From positions 6,635,632 to 6,699,631 of the forward strand of contig CM119271.1 in NCBI GenBank assembly GCA_051294375.1: a stretch of DNA of 64,000 nt, in the 5' to 3' direction. The position numbers were made by a program, and so were the translations under genes. How positions within the stretch are numbered: position 1 is the first letter of the stretch; the number at the start of each line of letters is the position of its first letter. Shown in pieces: positions 1 through 12,400 of this stretch. The notes under the pieces were generated by a model. The model saw only the letters and a program-made list of their open reading frames with translations. It ran no database searches and was not told where the DNA came from. Source of the stretch: Paraspadella gotoi. Lineage: Eukaryota; Animalia; Chaetognatha.

Positions 1-1905
1 AAGGGGCTGGAGTTTTCCACGTAGCAGGCAAATACGTCTCCGGGGACTGAGTTGGCGGTCGGTCGCGGGAATAAACGGTTCGAACCTTCAGTGTCGACCT
101 TTGACTGATTTTGTTTGCGCAAAAAGCGAAACTCGTAGAGCTGCTCGAGGGTAAAGGTCGACTTAACCGGAAGAAGGACCCAACCCTCGTTCTCCAAAAA
201 CATTCGCAGCTCATCCAGGCAAGCGCGATGATAATGCTTAAAATAATTGATGCTCTGCTTTTTCATTCCGTCCCTGAGCCCTTCACTTGACGAAGCCGGA
301 CAGAACTGAGCTCCAACGGCGATGAGAGTGTTCCCGATTCGTAGAACCTGCATAAAGTCGTCAAACTTGTACGAAGAAAGGTCCGAGGCCAGGAGGTAAA
401 CCTTGACCTTTTGCTGCACGTCTTGCCAAATGCGAGAGACGCCGTGCTCGAGTTTTTGGCGCACGTAGGTGCAGGACTCAGGCGAGACATCCGCCTCTGG
501 ACGGCGCGAGCTCGAGATTGTCGGCGGCGGGGGCGGGGGTGTACCAAAGCAGGGATCCTCGTTAAGGGTGGCGTCTTTAAGGGCGTCCTGGTGATCGAGT
601 ATACGAGTCTTGTACCATCCCATTACCGAGTCGTAATTTCTCAGGATGCCGAAAAGCTCTTTCGAAAGGTCGACAAGGCACGGTACAAAAGACTCGGCTG
701 GGATAAAACGGCACAAGTCACTGTACTGCTTTTTGCGAAAGTCGATATTGGATCCCGAATATTGAGACGAACAATACGACGATGACTGCGACGTCGACGA
801 CTGCGACCGGCTGGGACCAAAGGGATTGGAATAAGAATCATCCTCGCCCGTTGTCTCGAATGAACTCTGCGGATAGGCGAGTTCCACGTGTCCAAGTACG
901 ATATTGAATGCCAGGTTGTGGATAGTGCTGGCGAAGTGCATGAGCAATTGATCCACGGATGTCTCTGTCTTGCCCAGCATGGCGTAGGATTTTTGAAGCT
1001 TAGCAAATTCATCGCAGTCGAAGTGTTGAGGTATTCGACCAAGGGCGACGTCGAGACCCTCCTCGATCAATTCCAGTGTATCCTGCAGTTTGGAGCCCAA
1101 TTCGGCGATGCACTGGTGCTGTCGATGACGAAGGCTGGCGGCGCGGCAGTCGAGGCAGAGTTCGATGGCTCGGGCGTAATCCTCGGCGTCCACCATGGCC
1201 CGGAGAGCGGCGTCAGTGGCGCGTAGGCGTCGAATAGTTTTCAGCGATTCCAACAGAAATCGGAAACGAGATCGGCGCCGGGTTCTGGCGTATAGGCGTA
1301 GTGATTCTCCCGTAAAATCGTCGCGTGCGGCCGCGAGGGATCTGTAAGGTAAAAAAAATTTTGGCCAGAATAGATTATTTTTACAAAATAAAAAAATTTA
1401 AATAAACGTTCGTTCGATAGTCCTCACAAGGCTCATAGTCATAGTCATAGTCATACCTCCTCGACGAGGCAGCAACGGAAACGGCGTTCTTAAGCCCTTC
1501 CTGCAACTCAACAACACGGGCCAGCTCGTCCTGGAAAGCTGTGCTGTTCTGCAGCACAGCGTCGGAAAGCATTCGGCAGACCACGTCGAGTTGTTTGCGA
1601 AGCAGCGCCCGCCGCTCGGCGACTGCGTCTAGTTCCAGTGTTCCCTCGGCGGTGGCCGCCGCCGTTTCTTCCAACCCTTCCAACTCATGTCGGCCGGGGT
1701 CGGCGCCACCCTCCTCGAAGTATAACTGTGGTAGCGCCGATAGGAGGTCGCGGTCGACTTCGGGATTGGGTAATGGCTGACGGGGCGCCTCGAACCCCGT
1801 AAAAAATACGCCCGAAGAGTCAGCGTCTCGAGGTTCTGGTTCATCCTCGACCGAAGGTTGGGTCAGGTTTTCCACCAGGTTTTTCAGTTTTCGAAGGGCG
1901 GCCAT
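1..1905 (-). CDS. VPS50: VPS50/syndetin (CCDC132), EARP complex subunit; 5' part, runs off window
   Basis: ATG at 1905 (MAALRKL), intron ~1343-1456, then a long exon running off the window. It encodes KQSINYFKHYHRACLDELRMFLENEGW..LPVKSTF.LEQLYEFRF, which matches my recollection of the VPS50 sequence. Confidence 0.88.
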
Positions 1906-1953
1906 TAAATGGTCAATCGGATTTTTAAATTTTTTTATTTTGTTAAGAATTGA

Positions 1954-1995
1954 CTGAAAAGATGGGAAAATGTAAAGAGAGGAAAGACAAACGCA
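1954..1995 (-). promoter_or_regulatory. Unpaired 3' splice acceptor upstream of the VPS50 ATG (candidate trans-splice site)
   Basis: Minus strand reads gtctttcctctctttacattttcccatcttttcAG ~50 nt before the ATG. Confidence 0.55.
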
Positions 1996-2508
1996 ACACA
2001 AATCTAATTTTCGCACATTCAAAAAAAAAAATGAATAGCGATAGCGGGGAATATACCGAAACACTTAAGTTAAGGCACTTAATAAAATAAATGAGAAAAA
2101 TTGAAATTTTGAAAAAAGTTTACGAAGCATAAACAACATAAACAACAGATTAAAGCCATCTAAACTGGAAGAGCAATAAGTAATAAATTTTTCTGTAAAC
2201 TAAGTTAATTCTCTTTTACCGTAAAACACCACATTCACGACATTAGGTTAGTTTAAAAAAAATTCTTTTAGAAGACAAACAAAAAAAATTTAGTAAGTCA
2301 TTTTTTTAATAAAACCAGTATATAAAGATATATATTAAAGCGAAATAAAAGTTCAAAATTTATGTTCGACTCGCGAAGTCCAATAAATATAAATACCAAA
2401 GATAAATATATAAAAAAACTATAAATTCGTAAATTACTAAATCGAATCTATGTCGGCAGCTGAGGCCCAAGAAAAAACCGGAGATCGCACCGGCGCCTTT
2501 TTTCGTCG

Positions 2509-3090
2509 TCAAAGGCTCAAGACGTCGTAAGAGTTCCGTGGTTCGGCCTCGATCTCAATGACCTCGAGGTTTTTGGCCTTGGCGAAGGCGATCTCCTGCG
2601 TGCCCACTTTGCCCCTCGACCCGACGTTGACGACGGTGAGGGAGAAAGCGTCGTCTCGGATCCACTCGTCCGAGAGGTAGACGGCCGTCCCGCCGACGGG
2701 CCGCCCTTCCTTGGTCACGCCGCCCCACGTGAGGCTCGAATCCTCTTCGTAGGAAACCTTGGGATAGAGTAGGGCGACGTCGACGTGCGAGTCGATCTCC
2801 TGCCAGCACTGCACGGCCAGCAGCGGCATGCCGAACTTGTCCTTGAGTCGCTTCATAACGGCACCAAGGTCGGGCCGGTCCTCGATGCAGCTGTCTCCGC
2901 CAAAGGCCGCGAGCCAGGGTTTTCTAAAGGAGCGCACGATGGGATGGAGCGTCTCGCAGACCTTATTTAGCTCCTTGTACTGGAGCCGAGCGCCGTTTCC
3001 TATGAAAAGGTAGACGTCCTTGATGTTACGCTCGCGGAGGTAGGTCTTTAAGTCTGAGAAGGATCGCAGAATTAAGGGTTTGGCAGTCAT
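2509..3090 (-). CDS. Uncharacterised ~193 aa single-exon protein, predicted SLOG (SMF/DprA/LOG)-like Rossmannoid fold
   Basis: Intact GC-rich ORF (ATG 3090) with beta-strand/Gly motifs YLFIGNG, AAFGGD, WGG and C-terminal VVNVGSRGKVGTQEIAFAKAKNLEVIEI, resembling the SLOG G-G-x-G-T-x-x-E...A...V signature. Gene is well supported; fold call is tentative. Confidence 0.6.
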   Translation of the reverse strand: MTAKPLILRSFSDLKTYLRERNIKDVYLFIGNGARLQYKELNKVCETLHPIVRSFRKPWLAAFGGDSCIEDRPDLGAVMKRLKDKFGMPLLAVQCWQEIDSHVDVALLYPKVSYEEDSSLTWGGVTKEGRPVGGTAVYLSDEWIRDDAFSLTVVNVGSRGKVGTQEIAFAKAKNLEVIEIEAEPRNSYDVLSL

Positions 3091-3261
3091 GGCGGCAAGC
3101 AAGGAAGATGGCGAAGAGTGAAATGGTGAGTAACGGGCGACAATTAAGCTCGGGAAAAAAATTTTAAGTTTTCATTGCTGTTTTCAAAGGTTTCTAAATC
3201 CTTTCTAAACAAAACAACCAAAATTCTAAAATGGCATAAAATGGGCAGAAACGAGAGAGTA

Positions 3262-4430
3262 TCAAACTTTAAACGAAATGCCTTGCATCTGCAAGGCACC
3301 GCCGTCGACTGAATTATCCGGAAGTCTAGAAACTAAAGCCTTGGGTTTTTGACCATCCTTGACGTGAAGGTAGGCTACGCACATGCTGGAGGTGGTGTGT
3401 GCCCACGTCAGTTCACCCGCGCCATGTTCCTTCGAGGTAGTGAGCACTAAGGCCCCGGCCTGTCTGGCCCCTTCGCTCTTTAAAAATCTGGAATTGAGAA
3501 ATTTGTCGTTAAACGTCCGAGTGACGGCCAGCGTCAGGTTGTTGCTAGAGATCGCGGCGTCGCCCAGTTCCTTCGCGAGAAAAGTCTTGACGAGTTGTTC
3601 TCCTCTGCCGGTCGTGCTGACGGCGACGCCCGCATCTCCGTCCGCCACCGCCCAGCATCCGCAACCGAAGGCCGCCGCCTGACCCACTCGACCCGGCTGC
3701 TTCAGCAGAACCCCGCCGCTGGAAACGCCGGAGGCGACGTTGCCGGATGAGTCAACGGCGCAGGCGCCGACCGTATCTAGAGGCGTTTCGGCCTGCTGGC
3801 GAGCGAATGCATCGGCCGCTAGTCGGAGCATGTATTTTTCGTGGGCCGCCTTCGCCTGAACGCTGACTAAAGCATCTTCATCGACGGTGTTTTCTCCAAT
3901 TGCCCTGGCCCACCGACAGACGGCCCCTCCTGTCAACGTCATCGGCGGCTCGCGGTCCAAACTCATCTTCCCCTTCATCTGAGCCGTGAGCAGACGAGAT
4001 GCCACGCGGACCGGATTCTTAACGCCGGACGCCGCCGAGACGGAAGCGAAGCTCAAACTACGACCGTCCATCAAACCAGCGTCGCATTCCACTGGAGAAA
4101 ATTATGTTTGCTAGTTTTGTTAAAAATGTTCTACTACTCAGTACTTAACAATTATACATTTTTCTTTAAGTCCTCACAGTCATATTAAGAAGAGAAAAAT
4201 AAATTCATACCTTTTCCATCGATCGTCAAGTTTGAACCAAAGCCGGCGTTACATAAGGGATCGTCTTCTAAAACCGTCAAAGCTTCAACCACTGCCTCCA
4301 CTGCGCCGCCTCCTTCAGACAGGACATTACCCCCGCTCACACAGGCTAGCTTGCTAAGTTTCTTGTATTTTGGCTCTTTGTCACGACTGTGATAACCAGC
4401 GCCTAAATGAACGCAAACGAATGTCCCCAT
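3262..4430 (-). CDS. TASP1: Taspase-1 (threonine aspartase 1), 2 exons (4430-4211, 4091-3262)
   Basis: FVCVHLGAGYHS, EDDPLCNAGFGSNLT, VECDA, autocleavage/nucleophile site LD/TVGA, SSGGVLLKQPGRVGQAA; GT-AG intron 4092-4210 joins the frames. Confidence 0.95.
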
Positions 4431-5035
4431 CGCGAAACGGGTCTTCTTTTTTACCCGAACCTTTATTTTTTTTCCCTTTCAATCTACGACACTACAAACA
4501 TTCATTGAAAATCACAGTACAGCGAAAACATTTTTCCCCCTTTTAAGGGATGTAACAAGAGGCACGCACGAGTAAAAATCACGAATGGATATAAAAATAA
4601 TGTAAATCACTATATATGCTTTTAACATAGGCAAAAGGTTTGATTGATTGGAATACTGATAAGTATCTGACGCAAAAAAAAAAGCATCAAAAATACCAAA
4701 AAAGCAACAATTATTTTTTAAACTTTGCAATTATTAAACTAAAAAAAACTAACTATAAAAGACTAGTAAATACGATATACCAAAACAACTGCAAAATCGG
4801 TCCGACTATCTGCCGTAAATCAAGTTGTGTCAGTGTCGGGTTAAAACAAACCGTTTGTTTTTAACGATTTCTTTTAACCAGTAAAATGCAACTTTTACCG
4901 AGAATTAAAAGGGCTTTGCCGAGGTATGCTCAAGCTTGGATACACATCAAAAATAAATGAAGACATGGTAAAAGCTCGGTAACAAGGGGTGAAGGTCAAA
5001 AAAGTTAAAGCAACAAAATAAGAGGAAACTTGAGC

Positions 5036-8000
5036 TTAAGGTTGAATGAAGACGCTGGCTTCTGTCTGGCCTTCGGTGTCAGAGGCGATGGTTTCGGGCG
5101 ATGGTAAGTTGGAGAGTTTGTTTTCTTTAGTCTCCGCTCCTAAAATTAAAGTTTGTTATAATGATTTAGAAGTCAATTAACGAATGACCACGAACGCAAA
5201 TCTAAATTGTCGTACACAGCTTGCCTGATATTGCATCTAAATCCACAGGCCAAAACCGAATTCTGAGCAAGGTGTAAACCAAGTAAAGCGCGCCAGTGAT
5301 AAAGGCAAAAGCGCTTGAGCAATAAAATAAGAAATGATAATTGGTCTTGGTTACGATGACGCCACCCAACATGCTTCCGATCCCTTTGGCCACGCCGAAG
5401 TGAACGCCCTTAAAAAATTTCAAAATATTGCAACTAATCATGGCATAAACAAATGAGACGAGACGTCACCTGCAAAATTCCCTGCATGGTTGCGGTGGTG
5501 CCAGGAGGTGAAACTTTTCCCGCGTAAGTGGAAGCAGCGGGAAACATAAGTCCGAAGGTGATGCCATGCAACAGCTCGATGGGGATTTGCAGCCAATAAT
5601 TTTGGACGACGGTATAAAGAAAAAACCGCAGGGACCACGCGAACAGCGCGAGGCACAAACATCCTAAGAGAATATCATATATTAAGCAAAAGCAACGACC
5701 ACCCCTACTCGAAGGAATTCTGCCACTAACCCGAATGAGATAAGAAAGACATTATTCTGCCCGAAAGAAACATCATAGGTGTCTCTGCCAGAAGACAGGC
5801 GATCGTGATGGAAAGACCAATAGAAAGCTCTTTAGCTCCCAATTCCAAGATAAAATACAGGAAAACGAATGCTTCCAGGACACCTGAAAATATAAATGAA
5901 ACAAAATTTTAAGAAAATTATAAAGTCACTCGGATTTTTTTTTGGTTTTGTTTAGTAATTTAGTAAACAATTTATCATCAACTTGGCATGTTAGGGTCTC
6001 AGTTTTATCAAACTCAAAAAAAATGTATTATTGGTGAAAAAAAAGGAGGATTTAGCTCGCCGTCCCACTCTCCCCATGCTCTTCCTCTTTTTTTTATCCT
6101 CCTGCTCCTCGGTATTTTGGGAAGCGTTTCATTCACTCGTTCTTACTCTCCGCGAAATATACATTGTAAAGAGTAAAAAGAGTAAAAACGAATAAAAACG
6201 TTTCTCCCTCTATTTACTAGGGCCTTGAATAGTAGAGCGTAGTGAAAGTTACAAACAAAAATTCTAAATGTCAATTATGAACAACATACCATCAATTTGT
6301 AAAAATAATTAATTTTATATTCTTCAATTTTCGCAATAGGCTATATTTATATATCGTACTATCCTTATAAAATCGAAAAATTTTAAAATAGGCTTTTCTT
6401 AATTTTGATTGCAGATTTAAATTCCTCGTCATAGGTTGATAAAAGAAAATATAAATCATTTTCAAAAATTCTTTCATTAAGTGGGTTAAAAATTTAAAAA
6501 ACTATATTTAATATATAAAATTTTAATTTTCCGCTTAAAATATAGGTTTTTTTATATTTGATCAACTTAATGAAATAATTTTTTTATATATCTTTATATC
6601 AAATTTTCAAATCTTCAAAAAAAAAGACAAGAATCCGCCTTTATACTTTTTTACACTTGAAAAAACTTCTTTCTCGACCAGTTTTACCGGTAAGCATTCC
6701 CATGACGAACATGACGACGAAAAAGATACCGACGTCGACGTGACAAACGATAACATGGACGACGTCTCGAACCAAATTCTCGCTGGGCTTCGAGGGGCTC
6801 ACGTTACGCAAGAAAAGGGAAGCGACGATGCACAAAGTTATCCAAAAGAAATAAAAGTAAAAGTAAACGTAAAAGGAGGAAAAGTGTTTAACGACGCAAA
6901 AGTCGGATCGGTGAAGGAAATAGGCCACGAGTCCGACCACCGTAGCGGTTGTGCCGAAACCGATGGATCCCCACACCTGAAGAGAGTTCAAGGGTGATTG
7001 TTGAATTTATAAACCAACAACAAACAAAACTACTATATTTTCTATGGGCGAAAAAAAAAGCCCTAACTGACCCGCTGCAGTCCGTACATGACTTGATCCT
7101 TCTCCACGACTTCCAGAGTTATGGCATCGACGAGGGGCATGACCGTGGCCACGGCAAGCGTGACCACTAACTGCAACACGAAGAAGGCCAAAAATGGGGG
7201 CGTGAAGAACTCCGTCTCCGGCCCCGGCGCCACTTGGAGCGCGGGTAAGCACCGCTTCTCCGTCGCCGCGCAGATCAATTGACACTCGATCCTCGACTCC
7301 GTAGTCGTCGTCGTCGTCGAGGAGAACGAGCAGTTGGAAGAGAAGTCGAGGGAAAAGTCATGTTCGCAGACGAAGCCGATACCAACGCCGTCGTCGTCCG
7401 AGTCGCTTCGTCGCGCCGAAAAAGTAAATGGCGACGTGGTGACGTTGAGTCGGGAGCGAAGGCGACAGGACGAAGGAAATTCTTCGAGGACTGTGTCGTC
7501 TGGACAGATGAGAGAGTTCTAAGGAAAAGCGAGATTGAAACATTACAAGGTAGTCCAAGGGATACATTGTGTAAGGGATGATATACCCTCGTATACATGT
7601 GAAAAGAACGATAAATACTCACCTCTAGCCCGCCCCGATTGTGACTTTTGCACAAAGGAAATTGAGATTCTTTACTCAGACAGCTCGATTCTGGGTTTGA
7701 GCAGGAGAGCTCGACGCCGCAGGGCAGCCTTGAAACGAAGGGCTCACTGGGCACAGCCAAGTGAAGCGCGTGGCCCAGCCCGTAGACGACCGTAGATATG
7801 ATAGCGATGGAGCGGTAGCAATGATACTTGTCGGCGATGCCACCTCGGGGTGAATGGTAGAAAAGAAGTTATATATTTTTATGTCATCATCAATGGAAAA
7901 CTGGTAAAGCATTAACAGAGAATAAAAAAATCTTGATCTTGATCTCGCTAGTGACTGACGCGATAACGAATTATTGGTGTAATAGTAATTGATTGATGTA

Positions 8001-9044
8001 ATTGTAATTGATTGATTGATGTAATTGATTAATTGATGTAATAGTTATTGATTGATTAATGTAATAGTTATTGATTATTAATGTAATAGTAATTGATTGA
8101 TTGATTGATTGATCGCCGGATACTACGCCGGATACTACATAATAATAATTGATTGAATGATGTAATAGTAATTGATTGATTGATGTCATAATAATTGATT
8201 GATTGATGTAATAATAATTGATTATTGATACGATAGTAACCAAATACTGATGCGATGATAACCAAATATTGACGCAATGATAACCAAATATTGATGTGAT
8301 AATAACCAAATATTGATGCGATGATAACTAAATTATTGATGCGATGATAATCATTCATTGATGCGATAATCATTCATTGATGCGATGATAATCATTCATT
8401 CATTCTTTGACAATAACAATCTTCTATCAAACATGAGCCAGTCTCCAGAACAAGAAAAATACTTCCATTGTAAAGCTACAATACTACAATGAAATATTCG
8501 AATAAAATTGGAAAACTAAATCATTATTAAAAGCTATTAAAAGTACTGCTAAAACCGTAAAATAAGACTACTATGAAAACTGTATAAAGATATGTATCAG
8601 ATATGAGAAATGGTCTAAACTACTACAAAATGTAAATGAGATTGAAGAACTCAATCTCATTTGAAATGAACCACAAATTATTCTGCGACAATTGATGCGA
8701 TGATAATCATTCATTGATGCAATGATAATCATTCATTGATGCAATGATAATCATTTATTGATGCAATGATGTGAAAACACAGTAGGAGTTTGCCCCCAAA
8801 CTACTATGGTGTCTTAAGTTTGGAACACAGAATTCCCAAGCAGTTCTTTTCACTCACCAGTTATAGGTCTGCTGAGAAATCCCACAAAGGCCATGACGCC
8901 ATAGATGATGCCGATATGAGCATTCGTGAGACCCATTTTGGCCATGAACGAGGGAATTATGGGGAACACACAAGCGACGCTCCCGAAAAATAAGAAGTTG
9001 TACAACTTGAGAGGCAAAAGAGTTTTGTTTATTTGCGGCGGCAT
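5036..9044 (-). CDS. MFSD6: MFSD6-like major facilitator superfamily transporter, multi-exon
   Basis: INKTLLPLKLYNFLFFG start, VDAITL..YGLQR|VWGSIGFG, IELLHGITFGL, TATMQGILQ|GVHFGVAKGIGSMLGG; exons joined by GT-AG introns. The last intron is probably GC-AG (5140-5224). Confidence 0.85.
7958..8770. repeat. AT-rich minisatellite (ATTGATG../ATTGATGCGATGATAA(C/T)CA units) in MFSD6 intron 1
   Basis: Degenerate tandem units at 7958-8402 and 8692-8770. Confidence 0.85.
8595..8690. repeat. Short dispersed repeat, copy 1 (inverted copy at ~44642-44725)
   Basis: gatatgagaaatggtctaaactactacaa.atgtaaatgagattgaagaactca...ccacaaattatt matches the reverse complement of 44642-44725. Confidence 0.8.
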
Positions 9045-9423
9045 TTTGCAAATTCTCTTCATAATATAAAGTAACAAAAAAGTAGTGTTAAAAAAAAAAG
9101 AAGGGAAAATGAAAGAAGTCATCGAGAGATGAGAGCTACGACGTTCGGCTCAACTTTTTAGTAGGAAACCGAAACAACAGAAAGTGATATAAGTTAAATC
9201 ACGAGTTATTGTAATTACTCAATGAAATAGTCCCACTAAAAACTTTGACCTCCGGTAAGGAGTGATACCAAAAGCCATTTCATCAATGATTAAATATACA
9301 ATTGTACATACAAAAAATCTTATAAAAAAGACCTCACGCTAAACTGGTGAAATATAAACGTTAGTCTATTGATTTCGACAAAAACAGTAAATGAGCATAA
9401 ATGACGATTAAGAAATATTCCAA

Positions 9424-12400
9424 CTACCAAACTCCTCCTCCTCCGTAACCACCGTAGCCGCCGTGATAGTTGCCGTAATATCGACCGTCCATCGCTCCTT
9501 TATTCCAACCCGAATTCCCCGAGCCGGGCGCAGCGCCTCCGTAGGGTCCCGACGCGTTCCCGCTCGCTCCGGGTCCTTGCTGACTTTTCGAGGCGTCTTG
9601 CCGCCCTCGCTTCTTAGGATCTTCCTCGCCATCTTGCATCCAAGTTTTCATCATCGCCATGGCCTGACAAAACAAAAATTTCATTTTTGTATTGCTTTAA
9701 GAAAGTTGTAGAATGGTGCAATAAAATTTAATTAGTCTAATTTTATATCAAAAGATTGATTCAGTGTGCAAGCATCAGCGTTCAATTAATGATTAACGAA
9801 ACAACATCGTAAAGTAAAATATTCTTTTAGATTATTTGCCGATATTTTACTAATAAATTTAAATGGCATATTTTTTTAAAATCACTATATATAGTCTTGA
9901 CTGTTTCAATAATTATATGGAAGAATTATAAATAATTATAACAATAATTTGACCGAGCGAGCTCACAACCACAACAATTTTAACATTAATTTGACCTTAA
10001 GACTTGAGTAAAGTCACTCAACCGAAACCTCGCCTTCAAAAGCGCGTTCACAAAAATGCGGGTATAACAAATCTCGATAAAAGAATGACTAACGGTTACA
10101 GTGGCTTCAGCCTAAAAAACCAACATTTAAAAAGTCACACCTATATGTTAAAAAGACTCCCGGTCCCGTTTATGTTGGCTTCGAGAAGAGATTTGGCAGA
10201 AAGACTCGACAAAATCTCAAAAGAAAATCAACTTGAATTTTTTTTTATGTTCAAGATTGAAGCAACTCGTGACGGACACAAACAATGTTTCACTACGGGA
10301 AGACATTCATAACGCTGACGATCCTCAATAATTTTATCGCGGGAGCCTACGACATAAATCCAAAAAATGAACCCGATGTTTTAGTGAACGACGATGACGA
10401 TGAAGATTTATACCACCGAGGGCGTTTAAGTCCTCGCTACTTTTTTCGAATCGGTCGCGAGGATTTCGTCGACGCACATGCCATAGAAGGTCTCGCAACG
10501 GACGTGGAGCAGGTGACGTCGCTTCCAGTGGTTAACGAGCGCGTCCTTTTTCAATGCGGAAAAAAATTTAAGATCGGTGGGAAAAGGTGCGATCGAAACA
10601 CTTGGGTGCAGGGAACAGTCTTATCCACGAAAGGCAACGAAGTCGAGGCTTTGACTAGAAACTGCCAGTTGAGAGAACGATTCTGGAACGAAGACACAGA
10701 ATACAATGTCGTAAAGTTCAACATAAGAGAACTGAGACGCGCGGATTCTAATAACTTCCGGCGCGATGTCGTCTGCTCCCGAGTCAACGTCAACATTTTT
10801 TACAGACTCCATCCGAACTGCGGATTCTTCAAGTTCGCTACGGTGTTTCCCAGCCAATCGTTAATAAAAGTGGAGTACGTCGAGGACCACGGAAGGTCGC
10901 AGATGATCCGTATACTGAATCAAAGTGATCCGCCAAAGTTGGTCCCAGATATCGTGCCGAAAGTCAAGGATCTCGAGAACTTAACAGAGGTTATTGTGAA
11001 ACAGGAGAGCTGGTCAGGGGAAGAGTGGACGGTCGGACAGTTGACGGTGAGCGAAGATTCCTATTATGAAGTGGTCGTCGAAGGATTGCGACAAGTGGTA
11101 TCGGTGGATGACAGAGAATACCTTCGAATTTTGCGGGGAAGAGTCATGACTTTCTGCGAAAATGATGAGAAGGAAATCGACGAAAATGACGTAAAAACTA
11201 CAACCTGGACTGAGTTGGACGAGGTTACGGAATCGCCGCTCTCACAAAAGCAAAATATGACTTGGATTATCGTCGTCGTCGTCGCAATCGTTATGTTTAT
11301 TTTCGCCGTCTTGATCACCGTCTGTTGTAAATTTATCGTTGAAAGGTGAGAACAAAATTTGTTTTGACGTGATTTTCATGCGATTCAGGTGAAAAACTTT
11401 TAAATGTTAAACAAATATATAGGAGGACTTCAACATCAAGAGTACAATCCGACCATTACGAAGAAATGAATCTGCCAGAATTGAGGGCCAAATCAAAAGA
11501 GGCAGAAGCCAAGAACGAGAACACGTATGAAAGTATCGAGTCGACATACGAAAATCCAAACATTGAAGCTAATATCTATAGCGAAGTCTCTTCCGAATCT
11601 GGCCAATATGAGGTACGAATTTTTCTAAGATTTTATACCAAAATATTACGAGTCTCAAGAACTTATTTCAGTTTTGTTAACGATGTTTTTAGCAATATAG
11701 AAGAGATAGGTCTATTCATTCCGTAGCGGTTCAGCAAGAGTACGCCGAGGAAGGAAACCTACCGAAAACTGACGAATATTATGGTAAGATAAAATCGAAA
11801 CCTGTACGTCCATTTTGAAATTACATATGGGTTGACTTAGTTTATTTTTTCTTCGCAGTTTACGACACGGACACAACAAATTACAAATGGAATGAAAAAT
11901 GACAAATGAAAAATGAAAAATTTGTTGTTTTTTTTTGGGGGGGGGCCGTTTATGAATAATTTTATATCGGGTAATTGTAAGAGATATAATAATATAATAT
12001 AATATAATTTTAGAGAATGCCCGATTATTAGTTATCTTAGTAAAAAAAATGTTTGTGTATTGTATTTAAAAATTTTAGGATAGCTGGCTGGAAATGAATT
12101 TAATAAGTGGCTAAATTAAATTAATAGTTTATTTATTATGATTTTGTTTTTATTTATGATTTATTTACTGCGGATTGTTTTATTTCGTCAATTTACGAAT
12201 ATAGCATTGTTTAACATCAAGCAATTTATGTACTTCTTTAATTCAAGCCAAAGAAAAATATAATTTATAATTTTATTGTATTGCATATGCAGTAAAGTTT
12301 CATAAAAAGAGTAGCGTATAAGAAGGCTACAGACTATATAAAAACAATAACTAAAATACCTAAAATTAATATACAAATTAAATAATTTTATTTGTGAACT

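Noticed and set aside
7958-8402. Repeat array that could be taken for CRISPR, and its ORFs (7971-8309, 8068-8373)
   Set aside because: Degenerate tandem AT-rich units without unique spacers, eukaryotic context and no cas genes; the ORFs are low-complexity artefacts.
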